Positions 1 through 7,948 of a stretch of 64,000 nt of DNA are shown in pieces. Positions within the stretch are counted from its first letter, which is position 1, and each line of letters starts with the position of its first letter. Source of the stretch: Hyalangium minutum. GTDB taxonomy: Bacteria > Myxococcota > Myxococcia > Myxococcales > Myxococcaceae. A program made the position numbers and the translations under genes. A model generated the notes under the pieces. It had not been told where the DNA came from. It did not search any database and worked only from the letters and a program-made list of their open reading frames with translations. Location: assembly GCF_000737315.1 (NCBI RefSeq), contig NZ_JMCB01000022.1, positions 1-64,000 on the forward strand, read 5' to 3'.

Positions 1-2868
1 GACAAGGCCCGTGACGCCGCTCTCACTGCCATCGGCAATGATCCGGGCATCAAGGCTCAGCTGGAGAAGGCCGGCCTCACCCCTGAGGATCTCGTCGCCG
101 CTGGCAAGGCCGCTCCGGCCATCATGGATGCCTTCGAGAAGCTCCAGTCGGGCGACGTGAAGGGCGCCCTGAACGACTTCCAGAAGGCCGTGGAGACCTC
201 GCCCGAGCTGGCCGCCAAGCTGGGCCAGAAGCTGCTCGACAAGGTGCCCCAGGGCATCAAGGACCAGTTCGCCAAGCTCGGCATCACCTCCGAGGCTCTG
301 CAGAAGGCGGGCCCCGCCCTGCCCCACCTCTTCGAGGCCGCCGATGCCGCCTCGAAGGGCGAGTGGCAGGCCGCGTACTCTCACCTCAAGGATGCCGCCG
401 CCGCCGCTCCGGAGCTGGCGACCCAGGCCCTCAAGGGTCTCGCCAACCAGCTCCCGGACAGCCTCAGCGCCGTCAAGTCGCTCCTCACCAACGACGGCTT
501 CCTCAAGGAGCTCGTCACCAACAAGGAGCTACAGGGCTCGCTCGAGAAGCTCATCGGCGGGGACTCCAGCGCCATCCGCGAGCTGCTCAACAACGACAAG
601 GCCCGTGACGCCGCGCTCACCGCCATCGGCTCCGACAAGAACATCCAGGAGAAGCTGGCGAAGATCGGCCTGACTCCAGAGGACCTCGTCGAGGCTGGCA
701 AGGCCGCCCCGAAGCTCATCGAGGCCTTCGAGCAGTTCGCCAACGGCAACATCAAGGAGGGCCTGGCCAAGATCCAAGAGGCCGTCGAGGCCGCGCCCGA
801 GCTGGCCGCCAAGCTCGGCAACAAGGTCGTCGACGCCCTGCCCGCCGAGGTCAAGCAGCAGTTCGCCAAGCTCGGCATCACCGAGGACGCCCTGCGCACC
901 GCGGGCCCGGCGCTCCCGCACCTCTATGACGCCGTGGAGGCTGCCTCCATCGGTGACTGGAAGGGCGCGCTCAACTCCGTGCGCGAGGCCGCCATCGCCG
1001 CGCCGGACCTGGCCACCCAGGCCTTCAAGGGTCTGGCCAGCCAGCTCCCGGAGAACCTCGGCGCCCTCAAGTCGCTGCTCACCAACGACGGGTTCGTGAA
1101 GGAGCTCCTCACCAACAAGGACCTGCACGATCAGGTCGGCAAGCTCTTCAACGACTCCACGCGCATGGAGGGCATCCGCGGCCTGCTCGGCAACGACAAG
1201 GCCCGTGACGCCGCGCTCTCCGCCCTCGGCTCCGACCCGGGTGTGAAGGCGCAGCTCGAGAAGCTCGGCCTGACGCCGCAGGACCTCGTCGAGGCAGGCA
1301 AGGCCGCGCCGCACCTGTTCGACGCGATGAAGGCCTTCGGTGACGGCAAGATCGAGGACGGCGTCGCTGCACTGGGCAAGGCCGCCGAGGCCGCACCCGC
1401 CCTGCTCGACAAGCTCGGTCAGAAGATCCTCTCCAAGCTGCCCGAGAATGTCCGCAACGGCATCAACAGCCTGGGCCTGACGCCGTCCGAGCTCACCCAG
1501 GCCGCCAAGGCCCTGCCGGACCTCATCCGCGCGGGCCAGGCCATCGCCTCGAACGATCCGCAGGCGGCGCTCAAGAGCCTCAAGGACGCGGCCGGGAAGA
1601 TCCCCTCGGCGCTCGTCGAGAAGGCCATCACCACCATGGCCTCGAAGCTGCCGGAGACGGGCTTCGCGGGCATGGCGCGGTCACTGCTCACCGACCCCGC
1701 CTTCGTCAAGGAGCTGGTCAACAACAAGGACCTGCACGCCTCCTTCGACAAGATGATGCAGGGCGACTTCGTGAACGGGTTCCGGGAGCTGCTCGGCAAC
1801 TCGTCGGTGCGCACCGCCACCGCGAACGCCCTGGCCTCCAACCCGGAGATCATGGACAAGCTCAAGCCGTTCGGCATCCAGTCGGGTGCCGACATCGCGG
1901 CCTTGGGCGGCGCTGTGTTCGACGTGATGGATGCGGCCAAGCACCTGGCGCAGAACCCGCCCAACGGGCAGGCCGCGCTCCAGTCGCTGGCCAAGGCCGT
2001 GGGCGGCCTGTCGCCGGATCTCCGGGCCCGCATGGTGGGCGCGTTCGCCGACAAGCTCAACCTGCCGCCCTGGGCCAAGGACACGCTGGTGGCGGCCGCG
2101 GGCCTCATCGGCAACGAGGCCGTGGGCAAGTCGCTGGGTGAGGCGTTCGACGCGCTCAAGCGCGGCGACATCTCCAGCTTCGCGGCGAGCCTGGCGCACA
2201 CGGGCCGCACCATCGCGGAGACCTCGCCCGAGGTGGCCAAGGCGTTCCTCAACAGCCTGGCGAAGATCCCCGGCAGCGTCGGCAAGCTGTTCGCGGACAA
2301 GGAGCTCAACGAGGCCATGGTGGACTCGGGCGCGGCCGCCAACATGTTCAACGCGTTCGAGAAGATCGCGAAGGGCGACATCGGCGGGGCGCTCAACGAG
2401 GTCGCTTCGGCGGCGGGCAACCTGCTCAGCCACGGCAAGCACTTCGAGGTGGCCGGCAAGGAGCTGCCCTTCGGCCAGCAGGGCATCGAGAACTTCACCC
2501 GGCTGTTCGGGCGCTTCGTCGACGCGCTCCCGGACAAGATCAAGGCGAAGATCACCGAGGCCGCCGCGAAGTTCGCCGCCAAGGCGGGCCTGCAGTCCAT
2601 CCCCATCATCGGCAACGTGGCCAGCGGCATCAGCGCCATTGGCAGCGCGAAGGATCTGTGGGACGCGCTCGGCGAGGAGCCGAAGGACCCCGTCAAGGTG
2701 GCGCTGGCGGCCGGTCAGCTCGGCCTGGATGTGGCGGGCATGGTGCCCGGCCTCAACTCCGTCACCGGCCCGCTCAAGATGGTTCTCGGCACCGCCTCGG
2801 TCATCAAGGGCGCGGCGGACCTCATCGGCGACCTGCAAGAGTTCCAGCAGGGACTGATGGGCGGGTAG
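1..2868 (+). CDS. Large Ala/Leu/Lys-rich helical tandem-repeat protein, 5' end outside the window
   Basis: Frame is open from base 1 (DKARDAALTAIGNDPG...) into the 124..2868 ORF. The DKARDAAL motif recurs at about 1, 595 and 1195, with a diverged copy near 1800. Hydrophobic Gly-rich C-terminus. Confidence 0.85.
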   Translation, partial: DKARDAALTAIGNDPGIKAQLEKAGLTPEDLVAAGKAAPAIMDAFEKLQSGDVKGALNDFQKAVETSPELAAKLGQKLLDKVPQGIKDQFAKLGITSEALQKAGPALPHLFEAADAASKGEWQAAYSHLKDAAAAAPELATQALKGLANQLPDSLSAVKSLLTNDGFLKELVTNKELQGSLEKLIGGDSSAIRELLNNDKARDAALTAIGSDKNIQEKLAKIGLTPEDLVEAGKAAPKLIEAFEQFANGNIKEGLAKIQEAVEAAPELAAKLGNKVVDALPAEVKQQFAKLGITEDALRTAGPALPHLYDAVEAASIGDWKGALNSVREAAIAAPDLATQAFKGLASQLPENLGALKSLLTNDGFVKELLTNKDLHDQVGKLFNDSTRMEGIRGLLGNDKARDAALSALGSDPGVKAQLEKLGLTPQDLVEAGKAAPHLFDAMKAFGDGKIEDGVAALGKAAEAAPALLDKLGQKILSKLPENVRNGINSLGLTPSELTQAAKALPDLIRAGQAIASNDPQAALKSLKDAAGKIPSALVEKAITTMASKLPETGFAGMARSLLTDPAFVKELVNNKDLHASFDKMMQGDFVNGFRELLGNSSVRTATANALASNPEIMDKLKPFGIQSGADIAALGGAVFDVMDAAKHLAQNPPNGQAALQSLAKAVGGLSPDLRARMVGAFADKLNLPPWAKDTLVAAAGLIGNEAVGKSLGEAFDALKRGDISSFAASLAHTGRTIAETSPEVAKAFLNSLAKIPGSVGKLFADKELNEAMVDSGAAANMFNAFEKIAKGDIGGALNEVASAAGNLLSHGKHFEVAGKELPFGQQGIENFTRLFGRFVDALPDKIKAKITEAAAKFAAKAGLQSIPIIGNVASGISAIGSAKDLWDALGEEPKDPVKVALAAGQLGLDVAGMVPGLNSVTGPLKMVLGTASVIKGAADLIGDLQEFQQGLMGG

Positions 2869-2883
2869 TCCGCGCATGAAAAA

Positions 2884-2912
2884 CCGGGTGGCCTCTTCGC
2901 GGGGCCACCCGG
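2884..2912 (-). terminator. Rho-independent terminator between convergent genes
   Basis: CCGGGTGGCC (2884-2893) pairs with GGCCACCCGG (2903-2912). The A-run at 2879-2883 gives a U-tract on the minus strand. Confidence 0.75.
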
Positions 2913-2936
2913 CTCAGGCGCTGCATCGGATGGGGT

Positions 2937-3446
2937 TCAGCCCAGCTTGCGGATGAAGGCGGCGGCCAGCTCGGCCTTCTTCGCGTCGGACTCGTTCGTG
3001 GGCAGCACGAGGATGCGCTCCGGCGGTAGGTACTTGCGCGCCCGGTCCTGCATCTGCTTGCTGTACTTGGCCACGTAGTCGTCCACGTCCTGCTTCTTCA
3101 TGCCGCCGGCGAGCCCCTGCTGGCGCTGGGCCTCCAGCCCGGAGAAGTCCAGGACGCAGCCGTCCGCCTGCCCGAGGTAGAAGAGCCAGCTGTTGCTGTA
3201 GAGGCCGATGCGCGCCTCCTTGCCGGCCACCTTCTCCAGCGCCGCCTTGTAGTGGGGCGCCAGCGCCGCGTTCTCGCCCGGAGGGATGTTGGAGAGCAGC
3301 TGCTTCTGCGCCTCCGGGTTCTTGGAGAGCTCCGTGGTGATGGGATCGTTGTCCAGGTACGTCACCTTCGCGGCCTCACAGGCCCGGGGGATCCACGGGG
3401 CGGGCTCACTCGGCTCGTTGGAGAAGACAATGACGAAGCGCTTCAT
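2937..3446 (-). CDS. Hypothetical protein (169 aa)
   Basis: ATG start with GGAG-like site upstream, high GC3, natural composition, followed by a terminator; no family recognised. Confidence 0.75.
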   Translation of the reverse strand: MKRFVIVFSNEPSEPAPWIPRACEAAKVTYLDNDPITTELSKNPEAQKQLLSNIPPGENAALAPHYKAALEKVAGKEARIGLYSNSWLFYLGQADGCVLDFSGLEAQRQQGLAGGMKKQDVDDYVAKYSKQMQDRARKYLPPERILVLPTNESDAKKAELAAAFIRKLG

Positions 3447-3529
3447 CTCGGGGGCTCCCAGCGAAGGATGCGTCCATCATACCCTCCGCCCCGTCCTCCG
3501 CGAGTCCCCTCGCGCATCCTCCGAGGGCC

Positions 3530-5011
3530 TCACGCCACTCGGACCGTCCGGGTCTCTCCTGCCACGGTGAGCAGCCGCATCTCGCCGGCCACCCCCTTGA
3601 GCGCCACCGTCCCTACCTCCTGGACGCGGAAGGCCTCACCGAGCCGCCGTGCCACCTCCTCGCTGAAGAGCAGCGGCGGCCGGGGCTCGCGGGCCTGGCC
3701 CTCGATGCGCGAGGCCACGTTGACGGTGTGTCCAATGACCGTGAACTCCAGCCGATCCGGACTCCCCAGGTAGCCCGCCACCGCTTCGCCCGCGTGGATG
3801 CCGATGCCCGCGCGCAGCTGCACTCCGCGCTCGGCGAGCTTCGCGTTGTAGGCCTCCAGGCGCCGCTGCATCTCCAGCCCCGCGGAGACGGCCGCGACCG
3901 CCGGATCACCCTGCCCCGCCGTGAGTCCAAAGGTGGCGAGCACCGCGTCTCCGATGAACTTGTCCACCATGCCGCCGTGTTGCTGGATGGCGCCCACCAT
4001 CTCCTGGAAGTAGCCGTTGAGCACTTCGATGAGGACCTCGGGCGACAGGGACTCGGACAGCCGCGTGAAGTCGCGCAGGTCGCTGAAGAGGACCACCATG
4101 TCCCTCCGGCTGCCGCCGAGCACCGCTGCCTTGCCGTGCTGCGCGTACTTCTCGATGAACTCGGTGGCGACCTGGGGCGAGACGAAGCGGCCGAACGCCT
4201 CGCGAATGCGCTCGCGGAGCTGGAGCCCTCCCGCCATCTCGTTGATGCCGGCGGCCACGAGGGACAGCTCGTCCGGGCGGCTCGTCGCGGCTCCTGGCTG
4301 GAAGTCTCCCGTGCCCACCCGGCGTATCGCCTCCAGCAGCTGCTCCGAGTCCCGGCGCAGGCTGCGGCCATAGGCCATGGCCACCGCGAGCGCTCCGCCC
4401 GTGAAGCCGATGGCAAGCCCCGCTGCCTCGAGGAGGTACTGCCGGTCGCCCTGGAGCTCGTAGATGAACCGCTGAAGCGTGAGCAGCAGGATGACCACGG
4501 GCACGGTGGTGAAGATGACGTAGCCCTCGATCAGCCGGCGCCCGAGCCGCTCTCGCAGCTGCGCCTCGGGAGACTGGGTGGGGCTGGCCGGCAGCGCGTG
4601 CTCGAAGAGGAGGTACTCCACCTGCGCGAGCAGCCCACCGCCGAGCAACCAGTAGCCCACGGCGAACTTGAGATGGCTGGGGGCGGGGAAGGTGGGGTAG
4701 CGCGTGGCGTGCACGACGATGCCCACCAGCCCCGTCAGCCCCCACGAGAGCACCGACAACAGCCAGGCCCGGCGCGCGGGCGTGCTCTTCTCCACCGAGC
4801 CGGGGATGAACCGCAGCAGCAGCTCGCGCAGGACGATGTGGAACAGCGACAGCGCGATGACGGTGCGCGCCAGCACCGGCGGAGACAGGCTGCAGATGAA
4901 GGTGCAGACCAGCCGCGCATAGACGAAGGTGAAGAGTCCCACGACGATGGAGCCCCCGATGAGCACCAAGCGGAGGAGGGGCGGAAGTCGAAGGGCTGGG
5001 GCAGACATCAT
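3530..5011 (-). CDS. Membrane adenylate/guanylate cyclase (TM helices, HAMP, class III cyclase)
   Basis: FSDLRDFT, DKFIGDAV and TVNVASRIE cyclase motifs; HAMP-like segment (RPDELSLVAAGINEM); several TM segments. Confidence 0.9.
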   Translation of the reverse strand: MMSAPALRLPPLLRLVLIGGSIVVGLFTFVYARLVCTFICSLSPPVLARTVIALSLFHIVLRELLLRFIPGSVEKSTPARRAWLLSVLSWGLTGLVGIVVHATRYPTFPAPSHLKFAVGYWLLGGGLLAQVEYLLFEHALPASPTQSPEAQLRERLGRRLIEGYVIFTTVPVVILLLTLQRFIYELQGDRQYLLEAAGLAIGFTGGALAVAMAYGRSLRRDSEQLLEAIRRVGTGDFQPGAATSRPDELSLVAAGINEMAGGLQLRERIREAFGRFVSPQVATEFIEKYAQHGKAAVLGGSRRDMVVLFSDLRDFTRLSESLSPEVLIEVLNGYFQEMVGAIQQHGGMVDKFIGDAVLATFGLTAGQGDPAVAAVSAGLEMQRRLEAYNAKLAERGVQLRAGIGIHAGEAVAGYLGSPDRLEFTVIGHTVNVASRIEGQAREPRPPLLFSEEVARRLGEAFRVQEVGTVALKGVAGEMRLLTVAGETRTVRVA

Positions 5012-5062
5012 GAGGGCAGCCTCGGGCGCGCGGCGCGCCGGGAAGACCCCTCGACTTTACTC

Positions 5063-5575
5063 TCAGTGGGTAGGCGGGGAGTAGGTGACGTCCGTCACCG
5101 TGTACTCCACGGCTCCACGCGGCCGCTCCACCTGGACGGACTCGCCCACCTCCTTGCCGAGCAGCGCACGCGCGAGCGGTGACTCCACACTGAGCCGGCC
5201 CGCCTTCACGTCCGCCTCGTCCGGGCCGACGATGCGGTAGCGCACCTCGGCGCCATCCTCATCCTCCAGAGAGACCCAAGCGCCGAAGAAGACGTGCCCT
5301 TCTTGAGAGGGCTCGGGCGTCACCACCCGCACCTCCTCCAGCGTGTCCGCGAGCTGCTGCGCACGGCGCTCGCGCTCCCGCTTGCGCACGCCCGCGTCCA
5401 GCTCCGTCTGGCCCTCGGCGCTCGGCTCCGGAGCGAGCAGCACGGCGAGCTCCTCCTGCAGTGCCTGGTAGCCCTCCGCGGTGATGTAGCGCTTCTCACC
5501 CTGACCGGTGCGCGGCCGCACGGGGACGAGCCCCTCGTCGCCGCCGCTGTCTTCCTTGGTGAATGCCTTCGACAT
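5063..5575 (-). CDS. GreA/GreB family transcription elongation factor
   Basis: MSKAFTKED start, YITAEGYQALQEEL, VFFGAWVSLED, YRIVGPDEAD, LSVESPLARALLGK. Start placed at ATG 5575. Confidence 0.9.
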   Translation of the reverse strand: MSKAFTKEDSGGDEGLVPVRPRTGQGEKRYITAEGYQALQEELAVLLAPEPSAEGQTELDAGVRKRERERRAQQLADTLEEVRVVTPEPSQEGHVFFGAWVSLEDEDGAEVRYRIVGPDEADVKAGRLSVESPLARALLGKEVGESVQVERPRGAVEYTVTDVTYSPPTH

Positions 5576-5679
5576 GGCGCCTCCCCGCCTCTTCAATCTG
5601 GAGCACCTACGGCCGCTCCGCCAGCGGGAGCTGGCGGCCAGAAACTTGCCGCATGGAAACCCAGTGGCACGCTACAGGT

Positions 5680-6015
5680 ATGTACCGCCCACGAGTGATT
5701 CCGCGTTACTCCTACTGCCTCCCCGTGCGCTTGAAGGGGATGCTTCCGGTGTACACCTGGGATGTGTCCGGCCGGGGCTTCCAGGCCGAGATGCTCCAGC
5801 CGGTGAAGCCGGGCACGCCGCTGGAGGGCACCGTCAACCTCGGAGGCACGGAGTTCGCCTTCGAGGGCGAGGTGGTGTGGATGCGTCAACACGCCGGCGA
5901 GCGGGCGCGAGGCCGGTATGGCGTGCGCTTCCTCTCCCTGCCCGCGGACTTCCCGCGGCGGCTCGCGGAGTACAGGAGACGACAGGGCCGGCGTCTCGTC
6001 CGCTGGTTCCGCTGA
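5680..6015 (+). CDS. Stand-alone PilZ domain protein
   Basis: RxxxR (RVIPR) and DxSxxG (DVSGRG) motifs, GEVVW and YGVRF. Start uncertain (5653 or 5680). Confidence 0.75.
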   Translation: MYRPRVIPRYSYCLPVRLKGMLPVYTWDVSGRGFQAEMLQPVKPGTPLEGTVNLGGTEFAFEGEVVWMRQHAGERARGRYGVRFLSLPADFPRRLAEYRRRQGRRLVRWFR

Positions 6016-6084
6016 AGTCCCGCTTTCTCGCGTCCGCTTCGGGTCTATGGTGCCGCCTCCTGTCACTCACGAGGGGGCTGACCC

Positions 6085-6759
6085 ATGGCACAAGCGACGC
6101 AGCTGACTGGAACCGATGGCAAGGAAGTCCCGGGCTACTTGAGTGAGCCTTCTGGAGGCTCCTCGAAGGGTGCGGTGATCCTCATCCACGAGTGGTGGGG
6201 CGTGAACGAGCACATCCGGGGCGTGGCGGATCGGCTGGCGCGCGAGGGCTTCACGGTCTTCGCAGCGGATCTCTACGGCGGCAAGGTGGCCAAGGACGAG
6301 GCCACGGCGCAGCAGTACCTGAACTCGATGGACTGGCAACAGGCCGGAGAGGTGCTGCGGCGCGCGGCCGAGGCGCTGCGCCAGCGCAAGCCGGGAACGA
6401 AGGTGGGCGTGACGGGCTTCTGCATGGGCGGCGCCGTGGCGCTCTTCCTCGCGGCGAAAGATCCCGAGATCGCCGCGTGCGTGCCCTTCTACGGCATCCC
6501 GGGAGACGATAAGGCGGACGTGACGAAGATCCGCGCGCCGGTGCTCGGCCACTACGCGAAGATCGACAACTGGTGCTCGCCGGACCGCGTGGACGCGCTG
6601 GAGAAGAAGCTGAAGGGCGCGAACGTGCCCGCGGAGATCCACCGCTACGACGCGCAGCACGCCTTCTTCAATGACACGCGCCCCCAGGTGTACTCGCGGG
6701 ACAACGCCGAGCTGGCCTGGAAGCGCACGGTGGAGTTCTTCCACGCGAAGCTGGGCTGA
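6085..6759 (+). CDS. Dienelactone hydrolase family protein
   Basis: HEWWG, GFCMGG nucleophile elbow, PFYG, HAFFN. Confidence 0.93.
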   Translation: MAQATQLTGTDGKEVPGYLSEPSGGSSKGAVILIHEWWGVNEHIRGVADRLAREGFTVFAADLYGGKVAKDEATAQQYLNSMDWQQAGEVLRRAAEALRQRKPGTKVGVTGFCMGGAVALFLAAKDPEIAACVPFYGIPGDDKADVTKIRAPVLGHYAKIDNWCSPDRVDALEKKLKGANVPAEIHRYDAQHAFFNDTRPQVYSRDNAELAWKRTVEFFHAKLG

Positions 6760-7263
6760 TCACTTCCCAGGGTTGGGAGAAGCCGGAGCTTCGGGAGCCG
6801 GCGGCACGGCGGGGGTGTCCGGAGCCGACGGGCTCGAGGGCGCCAGGGAGCCCGTAGAGCCCGTGTTCTCCTCCGGGGCGGCCGGGGCCACCGGGGCCGC
6901 GGGCGGCGGGGACTCGGCCGGAAGCTCCACTTGGAACTGGTAGCTCTGCACGCCCTTGGGCAGCACCACCTCCACCAGCGGGTTCTCGTCGAGCAGCGCC
7001 TTGGCCACGGGCACGGAGATGCGGCCCTGGGCGTCGCTCGTCGTGGCCAGGCGCGTGCGGCCCCCGCCGGCGATCACCTTGGCGCCCTCGATGGGCTGTC
7101 CCGTGGCCGGGTTCACCACCCGCATTGTCAGGACCTGACCGTCCGCGGCCTTCGAGGCGCCTTCGGGCTGGACCATGTCCCTGTAATGCGGGCGCAGCGC
7201 ACAGGCGGACAACAGACTGACGGCAACCAGGACAATGCTCAACGAGGCACGGCGGAGGCTCAT
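6760..7263 (-). CDS. Lipoprotein with carboxypeptidase-regulatory-like (Ig/transthyretin-like) domain and Pro/Ala tail
   Basis: Signal peptide with lipobox LLSAC; TGQPIEGAKV and TTSDAQGR motifs. Start reassigned to ATG 7263. Confidence 0.7.
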   Translation of the reverse strand: MSLRRASLSIVLVAVSLLSACALRPHYRDMVQPEGASKAADGQVLTMRVVNPATGQPIEGAKVIAGGGRTRLATTSDAQGRISVPVAKALLDENPLVEVVLPKGVQSYQFQVELPAESPPPAAPVAPAAPEENTGSTGSLAPSSPSAPDTPAVPPAPEAPASPNPGK

Positions 7264-7464
7264 GGGCTTTCCATCCAGGGGTGAGAAACCGGTACAGCAG
7301 GGCGCGGCAGCATAGTCAGCTCTCAGGGCCACGTCCTGCTCCTCGCGGTGCCTCCCGGGAGACCGGGCCCTGGCTGTCCGCATGCAGGCCGGGTGGGCTC
7401 GCCCCCGTGCCGCTCCGGGAAGCGTGTCGCATCTTCAACAACACGCAACGAACCGGAGCCCCGC

Positions 7465-7941
7465 ATGTCAGACACCACCCTGATTCCTTCGGACCAGGAC
7501 AAGACCCCTCCCTCGTACGCCACGGAGCCGGCCCGGATTGAGACGTATGCCGACCTTCCCCCGGGCATCACGCTCAGGCCCGAGGGCATCTCGCTCAAGC
7601 ACAACATCACCGTGGTCAGCATCGCGGCCATGGTGCTCACGAGCTTCATCACCTTCTGGATGCCGGTCTTCAACGGCCTGCTGGGTGGATTGGTCGGCGG
7701 CTACCACGCGGGCAGCATGAAGCGGGCGCTGTTCGCGGCGGCGGTGACCTCGGTGGCCGTGCCCGGCCTCTTGTGGTTCCTCCACTTCATGAGCGAGCAG
7801 CCCAGTCTGCTCTTCTTGATGGGCCTCAGCTTCAAGGAGTGGCTCGTGGCCCACATCATCGGCACGTTCCTGGGCGCCATCTCCGGGGTGTACTCGCGGC
7901 AGCGCATCACCGAGCGGGACATGTACCCGAGCGCACGCTGA
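7465..7941 (+). CDS. Small integral membrane protein
   Basis: MSDTTLIP start; three to four hydrophobic segments with GGLVGG motif. Confidence 0.7.
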   Translation: MSDTTLIPSDQDKTPPSYATEPARIETYADLPPGITLRPEGISLKHNITVVSIAAMVLTSFITFWMPVFNGLLGGLVGGYHAGSMKRALFAAAVTSVAVPGLLWFLHFMSEQPSLLFLMGLSFKEWLVAHIIGTFLGAISGVYSRQRITERDMYPSAR

Positions 7942-7948
7942 CGCCGCG

